From assembly GCA_964291495.2 (NCBI GenBank), contig OZ219872.1:256001-320000 (forward strand): a stretch of DNA of 64,000 bases, given 5' to 3'. Source of the DNA: Dehalococcoidia bacterium. GTDB lineage: Bacteria > Chloroflexota > Dehalococcoidia > UBA2979. A program made the translations under genes and the position numbers. The notes beneath the pieces were generated by a model. It saw only the letters and a program-made list of their open reading frames with translations, made no database searches and was not told the origin of the DNA. The first letter of the stretch is position 1. Each line of letters opens with the position of its first letter. Positions 19,454 to 28,564 of the stretch are shown piece after piece.

Positions 19454-19827
19454 GAAGGCGGACGGGAGCTACGCGGTGCCGCCACCGCGTCCGGACGGGA
19501 CCAAGGAGCGGGCCGTTGCGTCGCACAGCCGACCCGCGGTGCAGCGAGCGGGGATCCGGAGTTGAGCCGATCCCCAAAAGGTCAAGTCACCATTGCGTTT
19601 ATCCGGCCCGGGACGCAGCCGCTGAAGAGGCGGCTTGCAGGAACAGGCGGACGAAGGCGCGCCCGGTTGCCGTCGGCCCCTCGCAGGGGTGGTGACCCTA
19701 GCAGTGAGTTTGGCTAGCCTGCGTCACACGAGCCGGCGAGGCCCTGAGGAGCCAGCGACACGGCCCTCTACGCCGCGGACGCGCTCCATCGCATCACCCG
19801 GGGCAGCACAGCGGAGGGGGCAGTGAC

Positions 19828-20328
19828 ATGCATAGCGACATGCATAGCGAGGCCCGCGGTGAAGGGGGCGGAGGCGGGCGCGCGCGGCTCGGACCAGCCG
19901 AGTTGGACCTCGGGGCGTTCGTCACCGGCGTAGTGGGCGCCGTCACCTGGACCGTACGCGATGAGCTCGAGCCCGACGGCATCAACTCGATCGAGTACGC
20001 GATCCTGAGGGCCCTGCAGTACAGCGAGACGAGCACGGCCACGCAGCTGGGGCACCTGCTGCCCGTCGACCCATCGCGTATCAGCCGGGCGGTGAACGGC
20101 CTGGTGAGCAGCAGACTGGTGCGCCGGCGGCGCCAGCGCAGCGACCGGCGCGTCGTGACGCTCGAGATGACGGATGAGGGGGCGGAGCGGATCCGCGATC
20201 TCAGTCAGCGCCTGCAGCGTCGCTACGACGAGTTGCTGGAGGGTGTGAGCCCGGAGGACGTTCGAATCTTCATGGCAACCGGCAGGACGATCATGGAGAA
20301 CCGTGCCGCGGCGCAAGGCCGGGAGTGA
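19828..20328 (+). CDS. MarR-family transcriptional regulator
   Basis: ATQLGHLLPVDPSRISRAVNGL...DRRVVTLEMTDEG. Confidence 0.9.
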   Translation: MHSDMHSEARGEGGGGGRARLGPAELDLGAFVTGVVGAVTWTVRDELEPDGINSIEYAILRALQYSETSTATQLGHLLPVDPSRISRAVNGLVSSRLVRRRRQRSDRRVVTLEMTDEGAERIRDLSQRLQRRYDELLEGVSPEDVRIFMATGRTIMENRAAAQGRE

Positions 20329-20512
20329 CTCTCGGGACATCGCCCCTCACCCGGCGCTGCGGCTGCGACCCGCCCCGGCGTGACGTTCACGTCGTCGCCG
20401 CATGGGGCAGCCCTCCCGGGCTACGCCCCCCATCGCCGGCCACATCCCCGCCGGCCCGCCGAGGCACGAGGCGCCCCGCCAGGGCGTTCTATCGATTAGA
20501 GTCAGTGGAGGA

Positions 20513-20989
20513 ATGACGAACCCGCAGTCGCAAGCCGATCCCGACCGCCGGACCGAAGAGCCTCCAGCCGACCTGGAGGAGTGCGTGGCCGGCCTTGTCA
20601 ACGCGGTCGACAAGGGAATGGCCAATGAGGTCGCCCCCTACGGCCTCACCTCCATGGAATTCAGCCTGCTCAGGCACTGCCTCGAGGAGGAATGCACGGC
20701 TACACACCTCGCGCAGGTGCTGCCCGTCGACGGATCGCGCGTGAGCCGCCTCGTCACCGGGCTGGTCGAGAAGGGCCTGCTGCGCAGGCGGCGCCTGCGC
20801 AGTGACCGGCGCATCGTGATGCTCCGACTGTCCGACGAGGGTCGGGAACTGACGTCCGACATCGTGGAGAAGATGAAGCTCTACGACGCGATGCTCACCG
20901 AGGGCATTGACGAGGAGGAGATGCGCGTCTTCGTGTCCGTCTCTGCCCGGATCGTCGCCAACCATGCCGCCATGCAGGAGTCCGGGTAG
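20513..20989 (+). CDS. MarR-family transcriptional regulator (paralog)
   Basis: ATHLAQVLPVDGSRVSRLVTGL...DRRIVMLRLSDEG; GGAGG RBS before ATG 20513. Confidence 0.92.
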   Translation: MTNPQSQADPDRRTEEPPADLEECVAGLVNAVDKGMANEVAPYGLTSMEFSLLRHCLEEECTATHLAQVLPVDGSRVSRLVTGLVEKGLLRRRRLRSDRRIVMLRLSDEGRELTSDIVEKMKLYDAMLTEGIDEEEMRVFVSVSARIVANHAAMQESG

Positions 20990-21085
20990 CCTGCCCCGCT
21001 TGCGCGACGACGCGCAGCTCCCGAGGGCCAAGAAACCAGTCAGGGCAACGGATCGCCGGGCTCGAGGCCCGGCTCGGCGTGCCGG

Positions 21086-21916
21086 TTAGGGCTTGCCGGC
21101 CACGGCTTCGCCGAACGCGAGCCCGCACCACGCGCCGGGATGGACCCGCCACCTGTCGTAGGCGTCGCGTATCGCGTCGCAGAGCGCCTGGGTCGCGGCA
21201 CCGTACTTGATGGCCGCATCGGTGATCTCCGGGGAGAGGAACCACTGGTTGGCGAATTCGTAGATGAACTCGACGTCCGCCGGGGCGCTGTAGACATCGA
21301 ACGACGCAGTCGTCCGGATGTTCGTGAACCCGGCCGCATCGAGGTGGATCGGGACGTCCCTGCCAATCTGCGGATGGCCGTCGTCGGCTGCCAGCAGGTC
21401 CTCGAACATATCCCAGGCCTGCCGGATCACGCCGAAGTCGGGGTGCGTGAAGCAGGATCCGCAGATCATCTCCCGGCAGCCAATGACGCCCCCGGGCTTG
21501 AGGACGCGCTTCACCTCGGCCAGCACCGCGGCCGTTTCCGGTATGTGCATGAGCACGTTGTGGCAGTGGGCGACGTCAAAGAAGTCATCCTCGAACGGCA
21601 GATCGGTCACGTCGCCGACCTGGAAAGTGACGTTGTCCTGTCCGCTCGCCAGCGCGACGGCCCTTGCCAGCTCGATCTGGGACTCTTCCATGTCCACGCC
21701 ATGCAGCTCGCCGGGCTCCACGGCCCTGGCCAGCCCCACCGATATCGTGCCCGGTCCGCAGCCGAAATCGAGCACGCGGAGGCCCGGCCTGAGGTACGGG
21801 AGCAGGTATGCCGCGCTGTCCTCGGCCCTGTATCGCCGCAGAGACTCCAGCATCTCGTCGCTGAAGCCCATCGTGTAGTCGGGGGTCGAGGTTCGCTGCT
21901 TCTCATCGACGGACAT
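21086..21916 (-). CDS. Class I SAM-dependent methyltransferase
   Basis: VLDFGCGPG motif I, GDVTDLPFEDDFFD, RVLKPGG. Confidence 0.92.
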   Translation of the reverse strand: MSVDEKQRTSTPDYTMGFSDEMLESLRRYRAEDSAAYLLPYLRPGLRVLDFGCGPGTISVGLARAVEPGELHGVDMEESQIELARAVALASGQDNVTFQVGDVTDLPFEDDFFDVAHCHNVLMHIPETAAVLAEVKRVLKPGGVIGCREMICGSCFTHPDFGVIRQAWDMFEDLLAADDGHPQIGRDVPIHLDAAGFTNIRTTASFDVYSAPADVEFIYEFANQWFLSPEITDAAIKYGAATQALCDAIRDAYDRWRVHPGAWCGLAFGEAVAGKP

Positions 21917-22214
21917 TCGCTTGACGGCCTCTCCTGCCACGGGGGCGATCGCATCGAATAGCAACTCGCGCGTAGCAACGCTCCGCCGGCTCGCCGGCGG
22001 ACATCGCAACACCCGAGAGGAGCGAGAGTGCCACCGCCGCGCGGACGTTGTCCATATGAAAGGTGTGTGACGCACGCCCTTGCGCATATCAATCCTTGTA
22101 TGTTCCAGCTCCCAAGGGCGTTTGCGTTGATGCTTCCCGCACATCCCGATAGGGTTGCGAGGCGGATACGCAGACCCGGTATCAGTGGCGTACCCCCGAG
22201 GATTGAGGGCAACG

Positions 22215-23948
22215 GTGGCGGCGCAGATCAACGACCACGTTCGCTACGAGCCAGACGAGCGCCCGCCGTGGCCCGTGGCCGCGGGCGTCGGCGCCCAGGC
22301 CGCCCTCGTAACCGTGCCGGGCGTCGTGATCACCGTGGTGATCGTTGCCCGGATCGCCGAGCAGCCCGCCTCGTACATCGCCTGGGCCGTGTTCGCGGCG
22401 ATGCTCGTCAGCGGCGCGACCACCGTCATGCAGGCCGCCCGGTTCGGCCGAGTGGGTGCGGGCCACGTGCTGATCATGGGGACCTCGGGCGCGTTCATCG
22501 CGGTCTGCGTCGCCGCGCTCGTCGAGGGCGGCCCGTCGACGATGGCGAGCCTCGTCGTGATCTCCTCACTCTTCCAGTTCGCGATGGCGGCGCGGCTGTC
22601 ATTGCTGCGGCGGATCTTCACGCCGGTCATGGCGGGCACGGTGATCATGCTGATCGCGGCCACCGTGATGCCGATCGTCTTCGACACGCTCGACGATGTG
22701 CCCGACGATGCCTCGAATGTCGCCGCGCCCGTGACCGCCGCGGTCACCATCGGCGTGGTGCTGGGGCTCGTGCTGCGCGGCCCGGCCGCCTGGCGGCTGT
22801 GGTCGCCGATCATCGGGATCATCGCGGGCTGCGTCGTCGCCGCCGCCTACGGGATCTACGACTTGCAGCCCGTGCTGGACGCCGCCTGGCTGGGCGTGCC
22901 GACCGAAGGGTGGCCCGGGTTCGACGCCACGCCGGGCCAGGAGTTCTGGGCGTTGCTGCCCGCGTTCATCGTGGTGACGCTGGTGGGAGCGGTGGAGACC
23001 GTCGGCGACGGCATCGCCATCCAGCGCGTCTCGCGTCGCGCGCCGCGCGCCACCGACTTCCGGGTCGTGCAGGGCGCCCTCAACGCGGACGGCATGGGCA
23101 ACCTGCTCTCGGGCCTGGCCGGGACACTGCCGAACACCACCTACTCCTCGAGCATCTCGCTGGCCGAGGTGACGGGGGTGGCGGCAAGGCGCGCGGGCAT
23201 CGCGATCGGCGTGATCGTGCTGTTGCTGGCGTTCCTCCCCAAGTTCGCCGCGCTGCTGGTCGCGATCCCGGGACCGGTGGTCGCGGCCTACGTGACCGTG
23301 CTGCTCGCGCTGCTCTTCGTGCAGGGCATGCGGATGGTCGTGCAGGACGGGCTGGATCACCGCAAGGCGGCGATCGCGGGCATTGCGTTCTGGATTGGCG
23401 TTGGCTTCCAGAACGAGTCGATCTTCGCCGATCTACTGGGGCCGTTCGCGGGTGTGCTGCTCGGCAACGGCATGACCTCGGGCGCGCTCGCCGCGGTGAT
23501 CATGATCCTGTTCATGGAGCTCACCGGCCCCCGCCGGCGCCGCCTCCAGGTTCCGCTGGAGATGGACGCGCTCCCGGCCATCGACGAGTTCCTCCGAGGA
23601 TTCGCGTCGCGCAGCCACTGGAACGGAGCGTCGACCGAACGCCTCGCCTCGGCCGGCGAGGAGACGCTGGCGGTCCTGCTGCAGACCGGTGGCGAGGGTG
23701 GCGACGGCCGGGCGAGACATCTCTCGGTCGTCGCTCGCATGGACGGTCCGCTGGCGCAGGTGGAGTTCGTGACGTCCTTCGAGGGTGACAACATCGAGGA
23801 CCAGCTGGCGTACCTGGCCGAGCTGCCGCCCGTTCCCGACGAGGACGAGATCTCGCTCCGGCTGCTCCGCCATCACGCCCTGTCCGTGCAGCATCAGAAG
23901 TACCACGGGATCGACATCGTCACCGTGGAGGTCGAGGGCGCGCGCTAG
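22215..23948 (+). CDS. NCS2 (xanthine/uracil permease)-like transporter with C-terminal RsbW/HATPase-like domain
   Basis: Many TM segments, FTPVMAGTVIMLI, VETVGD, ADGMGNLL, PNTTYS; ~140-aa soluble tail. Confidence 0.8.
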   Translation: MAAQINDHVRYEPDERPPWPVAAGVGAQAALVTVPGVVITVVIVARIAEQPASYIAWAVFAAMLVSGATTVMQAARFGRVGAGHVLIMGTSGAFIAVCVAALVEGGPSTMASLVVISSLFQFAMAARLSLLRRIFTPVMAGTVIMLIAATVMPIVFDTLDDVPDDASNVAAPVTAAVTIGVVLGLVLRGPAAWRLWSPIIGIIAGCVVAAAYGIYDLQPVLDAAWLGVPTEGWPGFDATPGQEFWALLPAFIVVTLVGAVETVGDGIAIQRVSRRAPRATDFRVVQGALNADGMGNLLSGLAGTLPNTTYSSSISLAEVTGVAARRAGIAIGVIVLLLAFLPKFAALLVAIPGPVVAAYVTVLLALLFVQGMRMVVQDGLDHRKAAIAGIAFWIGVGFQNESIFADLLGPFAGVLLGNGMTSGALAAVIMILFMELTGPRRRRLQVPLEMDALPAIDEFLRGFASRSHWNGASTERLASAGEETLAVLLQTGGEGGDGRARHLSVVARMDGPLAQVEFVTSFEGDNIEDQLAYLAELPPVPDEDEISLRLLRHHALSVQHQKYHGIDIVTVEVEGAR

Positions 23949-24254
23949 GCTTCGCCGCTCGAACACGCCTTGGCCTGTCCCTGTCGACCCGGCCGATGAC
24001 GGTGATTTGCTCCCGTCCGAGGCATTCGAGCCAGCGAGACACCCACTGGCCGCACGATGCCCCCGGTGAAGACCGGCTTCATCGCGTCCTCCACGGTAGA
24101 GTGCGCGACCCTGCGCCCGCGCGCTCCCGGAAGGCGCGCCGAGCGGCGAGCCGCCCGGCGGCATCCGGGATGCTATCTTCCTGTTCCGACCACCCGCGCC
24201 AGGCTGCGGTCGGGTCCGGAGCCAAGGGATCCGGGGCTGCGAGAGCTAATCCCG

Positions 24255-25013
24255 ATGAGACCTCCACCGGAGCCGCGTCTCTCGCTCCTCTTCCCGTTCG
24301 TGACGGCGATGCTCGTGCTTGTTGCGCTGGTAGCGCCGAACGAGACGGCCCACGCCCGCGGAACCGAGGAGTTCGTGGTCCGCATCGCCGCCCACCTCAG
24401 CCCCGATGGCAGGCTCGAGTTCGGCATCCAGCGCATCGACGATGAGGGCAGGCCGCGCCTTCTGCATCTCGAACGCAAGCGGTTCTTCCCGACGGACGTC
24501 AGCCATCACCGCTGGCTCGTGGGCAGCCCCACGTTCCTCGTCCAGGCACCGCACTACGACATGGAGGGTCGGGCACCGGCCGGCGTCCGCGCCTCGAAGG
24601 CGCGCGTCATCGCTCGCGTGCATCCCACCGACGGCCGGGTAGAGTTCGCGCTCCAGCACGAGCTCGATCTGGACCAACGCAACAGCTGGAGCGAGGACTA
24701 CAGTGAACCGGTCTTCGCGAGGAAACGCTTCTTCCCGAGTGACGTGACCCACCACCGCTGGCTCTACAGCACGCCCATCAGCTTCACCCGGACCTGGGCC
24801 GACGACTCCATGATGGAGGCCGAGCCGACGCTCGATCCGGAGGTGGAAGAGAGCACAAGCTACCCGCCTCCGCCGCCGGTCACGCTGGAGCAATGCCTGA
24901 TGCACATCGCGGCCGGAGCCATGCCGAGCGAAGGCTGCGAGGATCTGATGAAGACATACTGTGCCGAGCATCCTGACTTCGTGTGGTGCCCCCGTCGCCA
25001 GACCGGCGGCTGA
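24255..25013 (+). CDS. Secreted hypothetical protein with an internal duplicated motif
   Basis: Signal-peptide-like N-terminus; two copies of DGR(L/V)EF...RKRFFP(T/S)DV(S/T)HHRWL; Cys-containing tail. Confidence 0.75.
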   Translation: MRPPPEPRLSLLFPFVTAMLVLVALVAPNETAHARGTEEFVVRIAAHLSPDGRLEFGIQRIDDEGRPRLLHLERKRFFPTDVSHHRWLVGSPTFLVQAPHYDMEGRAPAGVRASKARVIARVHPTDGRVEFALQHELDLDQRNSWSEDYSEPVFARKRFFPSDVTHHRWLYSTPISFTRTWADDSMMEAEPTLDPEVEESTSYPPPPPVTLEQCLMHIAAGAMPSEGCEDLMKTYCAEHPDFVWCPRRQTGG

Positions 25014-25043
25014 CCTCTGTAGCCGTTCCGTCCGCCCCGCCCC

Positions 25044-25925
25044 CTACACCCGCAACTCGATCGACTCGAGGGCGGGGACCATCAGGGCGGGGACGCGCTC
25101 GCGGATCAGGTCCACCGTCCAGCCGCCCTCGTGGAAGATGCGGATCTTCGGGTCCGGGTGCGAGTAGAGCGAGAGCCGGTCCGCGCCGATGCCGAAGATC
25201 TGGCCGGTGATCTCCTGCGCCTCGTCGCTGCAGAGGTAGGTGACGATCGGGGCGCACTCCTCGGTCGTGCCGGTGCGCATCGCGCCGCGGCCGCCGTGCG
25301 TGAGCCCTCGGGAGCCCTTGATCGCGTCGATGTTGTCGGGAATCGTCGCCGTCATCTCGGTCGGCGCCGAGGGCGAGATGGCGTTGACGGTGATGCCGTA
25401 CTTCATCAGCTCCAGCGCCCAGCCGCGCGTGATCGTGGCGATCGCGCCCTTCGTCGCCGAGTAGTTGGAGTTGCCCGTGTAGCCGCTCAGGCCGCTGTCG
25501 GCGGTCATGTTGATGATCCGGCCGCTCCGCTGCGCGCGCATGTGGCGCGAGGCGAAGCGCGTGCAGGCGAAGTGCCCCTTGAGGTTCGTCGCCAGCACCT
25601 CGTCGTACTCCTCCTCGGTCATGTTGAAGATCATGCGATCGCGCACGATCCCGGCATTGTTGACGAGGATATCGATGCTTCCGAAGGCCTCGATGCACGA
25701 ATCGACGATGCGCTCGCCCGCGTCCCAGCTCGCGATGCTCTCCGGGAACGTGACGGCGTTCCCGCCGGGGCCGGCGTTGATCTCCGCCGCGAGTTCGTCG
25801 CACTGGTCCGGGTTGCGACCGTTGACCACCACGTTCGCGCCCGCCTCGGCGAGTCCCACGAGGTAGGCGCGCCCGAGGCCGCGCGTCGATCCCGTCACCA
25901 CTGCGTTCTTGCCTGCCAGCAGCAC
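25044..25925 (-). CDS. SDR family oxidoreductase
   Basis: TGSTRGLG, NNAG, YSATK. Confidence 0.92.
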   Translation of the reverse strand: MLLAGKNAVVTGSTRGLGRAYLVGLAEAGANVVVNGRNPDQCDELAAEINAGPGGNAVTFPESIASWDAGERIVDSCIEAFGSIDILVNNAGIVRDRMIFNMTEEEYDEVLATNLKGHFACTRFASRHMRAQRSGRIINMTADSGLSGYTGNSNYSATKGAIATITRGWALELMKYGITVNAISPSAPTEMTATIPDNIDAIKGSRGLTHGGRGAMRTGTTEECAPIVTYLCSDEAQEITGQIFGIGADRLSLYSHPDPKIRIFHEGGWTVDLIRERVPALMVPALESIELRV

Positions 25926-25975
25926 GCCTGCCTCCTTCCATTCCGTTCGTTCGTCGCCACCTTAGCGGACCGCGA

Positions 25976-26009
25976 CGCCCTCGGAGCGCCGCGCGCGCTA
26001 CTCTCCCCG
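25976..26009 (+). repeat. 34-bp direct repeat, copy 1
   Basis: CGCCCTCGGAGCGCCGCGCGCGCTACTCTCCCCG identical to 26676-26709. Confidence 0.9.
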
Positions 26010-26564
26010 CACCCTCGCCTTGATCCGCGCGACGGATTCGGCGAAGCGCGCGATCTCCCGCACCAGCGCGCCCTCGCCGAGCGTCGCGACGACCGCGCAG
26101 TCGACCAATTCGGCGCCGTCGTACACGAACCTCGTGCGCCCGCCGAACTCCCGCCAGAAGAGTTCCTTGCCAACGCCTGCCCTGCCGCCGCCGATGTTGC
26201 CGCGATGCAGCAGGAGGAGCGGGCCGTCGCCGTCGCGGCCGAAGATGCCGCCGACGCGTGCATTCGTCCCCTCGAGCGGCGGGTTCACCTCGACGGTGAC
26301 AGAGAGGCTGCTCGTGGTCTCGGGATTCTCGAGTCCGAACGCGTTCCAGTAGCGAGTGCCGGTCCCGTCCGGGCCCAGCACCGAATCGACGGTGTCGATG
26401 TAGCCCCAGACGCCGACCGAGGGATGCCAAGCGACATCGGCGGTCGTGCCCCCGCCCCGGAAGCCGATGCCCCGAGTGAGGACCGTGGCCCCTGCATGGA
26501 ACTCCGCCCGGAGCGCGTTCTGCGCAGCCTCGATGTTCGCAGCGGACGTGAGTGCCCTGATCAT
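25998..26564 (-). CDS. Hypothetical protein bracketed by direct repeats
   Basis: 188-aa ORF with GGAG RBS; RYWNAFG...EVNPP...HRGNIGGGRAGVGK. Confidence 0.7.
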   Translation of the reverse strand: MIRALTSAANIEAAQNALRAEFHAGATVLTRGIGFRGGGTTADVAWHPSVGVWGYIDTVDSVLGPDGTGTRYWNAFGLENPETTSSLSVTVEVNPPLEGTNARVGGIFGRDGDGPLLLLHRGNIGGGRAGVGKELFWREFGGRTRFVYDGAELVDCAVVATLGEGALVREIARFAESVARIKARVRGE

Positions 26565-26675
26565 CGCGTATCTCCGTTCCGAGACTGCGGCGAGCGTCCG
26601 CGATCGCCGGATTGCTCGGGGTCATCCCCCGCCCTCGACCATACTCGCGAGGGGCCTCAGGTTACCGCTCCGCGC

Positions 26676-26709
26676 CGCCCTCGGAGCGCCGCGCGCGCTA
26701 CTCTCCCCG
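26676..26709 (+). repeat. 34-bp direct repeat, copy 2 (contains a TACTCT -10-like hexamer upstream of the SDR)
   Basis: Identical to 25976-26009, exactly 700 bp away. Confidence 0.9.
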
Positions 26710-26730
26710 TGATACGGGAGGAGTGAGGCG

Positions 26731-27501
26731 ATGACGACGACGGAACAGACCCGCGAGCAGACGCTGGCAGGCAGGGTGGCGCTCGTCACGGGCGGCGCGT
26801 CCGGCATTGGCGCGGCCACGGTGGAGGAGCTCGCGCGCCGCGGCGCGCGCGTCGCGGTGCTGGACCGCGAGGGCGAGGGCGCCGCTCGCAGCGCCGCCGC
26901 CGCCGAGGCGCTCTCCGGCGAGGCGCTGACGCTGACCTACGACCTCGCCGATACGTCGGGCATCCCCGGCGTCGTGCGGCAGGTGCTGGACGCCTTCGGG
27001 CGGATCGACATCCTCGTGAACTGCGCCGGGATCAGCGCGCGCGGGGGGCTGCTCGATCTGACTGAGGAGGACTGGGACCGCGTCCACGTCGTGAACCTCA
27101 AGGCGCCGATGCGGCTGATGCAGGAGGTCGCGCGCCACATGATCGAGCGCGGCGAGGGCGGGCGGATCGTCAACGTCAGCTCCAGCTCCGCGTTCCGCGC
27201 GCGCTCGCACGTCGCCTACGCCAGCTCGAAGGCGGCGATCGTCCAGCTCTCGCGCAGCGCGGCCGCCGAGCTCGGTCCGCACGGGATCAACGTCAACGCG
27301 GTCGCGCCGGGCCTGACCCGCACCGGCATGACCGGCACGCGCGACATCGATGCGGACGCGCGCGAGGGGCACCTCTCGAACCTCTTCGGGCGCGCCGCCG
27401 AGCCGCCCGACGTGGCTGCGGCGATCGTCTTCCTGTGCCTGCCGGAAAGCCGCCAGATCACCGCGCAGACAATCCACACCTCGGCGGGCCTCGTCGTCTG
27501 A
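26731..27501 (+). CDS. SDR family oxidoreductase
   Basis: TGGASGIG, NCAG, YASSK. Confidence 0.92.
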   Translation: MTTTEQTREQTLAGRVALVTGGASGIGAATVEELARRGARVAVLDREGEGAARSAAAAEALSGEALTLTYDLADTSGIPGVVRQVLDAFGRIDILVNCAGISARGGLLDLTEEDWDRVHVVNLKAPMRLMQEVARHMIERGEGGRIVNVSSSSAFRARSHVAYASSKAAIVQLSRSAAAELGPHGINVNAVAPGLTRTGMTGTRDIDADAREGHLSNLFGRAAEPPDVAAAIVFLCLPESRQITAQTIHTSAGLVV

Positions 27502-27571
27502 GGACGTGCGCGCAACCGGCGCACGGCGCGGTACCATCCGCGCGAGCAACACCGCAGCGAGGGGGTGACGC

Positions 27572-28546
27572 ATGGCGGATCGTGGCATCGACGTAGCGAG
27601 CCGGCTGGACGAGCTGCACCTGGAGGTCTACCGGGACATGCCCGAACGCCCGCTCGACGTCACCGACATCCCCGGCTCCGTCGCGGCGATGCGAGAGCAC
27701 TCGGCCCAGCGCGAGATCGAGCCCGTGCCCGACGGCGTCACAACCGAGGACCACTACGCGCCCGGTCCGGACGGCGCGCCGGACGTGCTGGTGCGGCTCT
27801 ATCGCCCGGACGGCCTCGAGCCCGGCGGACCGGCGTTCTACTGGATCCACGGCGGCGGGATGGTCGTCGGCAGCGTCGACGGCAGCGACGGCTTCTGCGG
27901 CCAGCAGGCCCTGGATCTCGGCATCCTCGTCGCCTCGGTCGAGTACCGGCTCGCGCCGGAGCACCCCTACCCCGCGCCGCTCGAGGACTGCTACGCCGGC
28001 CTCAAGTGGTTCGCCGGAGCCGCCGGGGAGCTGGGCATCGACTCCACGCGGATCGCGATCGGCGGCGGGAGCGCGGGCGGCGGACTCTGCGCCGGGCTCG
28101 CGCTGCTGGCGCGCGACCGCGGCGAGATCGACGTCTGCTTCCAGCTGCTCGTCTACCCGATGATCGACGACCGCAACATCTCCAACAGCAGCCACGCCAT
28201 CACCGACCCGCGGCTCTGGAACCGCGAGAAGAACACGATCGGCTGGAGCTCCTACCTCGCGGGCAACAACGGCGGCGCGGACGTCCCGGTCTACGCCGCG
28301 CCGGCGCGCGCGACCAACCTCGAGGGGTTGCCGCCTGCCTACATCAACGTGGGCGCGCTCGACCTGTTCGTCGACGAGAGCATCGACTACGCGCAGGCGC
28401 TGAACGCGGCGGGGGTGCGCACGGAGCTGCACGTCTACCCGGTGGCCTTCCACGGATCGCCGAACAGCGTCTCCGAGTCGCCGATCTCGCAGGGTTGGGC
28501 CGCGGATCAGCAGAACGCCCTGCGCAGCGCGCTGTTCGGCGGCTGA
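27572..28546 (+). CDS. Alpha/beta hydrolase (HSL-family esterase)
   Basis: HGGG oxyanion hole, YRLAPEHP, GGSAGG nucleophile, FHG. Confidence 0.93.
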   Translation: MADRGIDVASRLDELHLEVYRDMPERPLDVTDIPGSVAAMREHSAQREIEPVPDGVTTEDHYAPGPDGAPDVLVRLYRPDGLEPGGPAFYWIHGGGMVVGSVDGSDGFCGQQALDLGILVASVEYRLAPEHPYPAPLEDCYAGLKWFAGAAGELGIDSTRIAIGGGSAGGGLCAGLALLARDRGEIDVCFQLLVYPMIDDRNISNSSHAITDPRLWNREKNTIGWSSYLAGNNGGADVPVYAAPARATNLEGLPPAYINVGALDLFVDESIDYAQALNAAGVRTELHVYPVAFHGSPNSVSESPISQGWAADQQNALRSALFGG

Positions 28547-28564
28547 CCGGAGGTCGGGCGCGGC

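Noticed and set aside
19825-19850. 12-bp tandem duplication GACATGCATAGC at the first MarR start
   Set aside because: Two in-frame copies only; no evidence of phase variation
22040-22200. Purine riboswitch upstream of the NCS2-like gene (hairpin CGCCCTTG/CAAGGGCG)
   Set aside because: Conserved purine riboswitch core (UUUCUACC) absent; a single hairpin is insufficient
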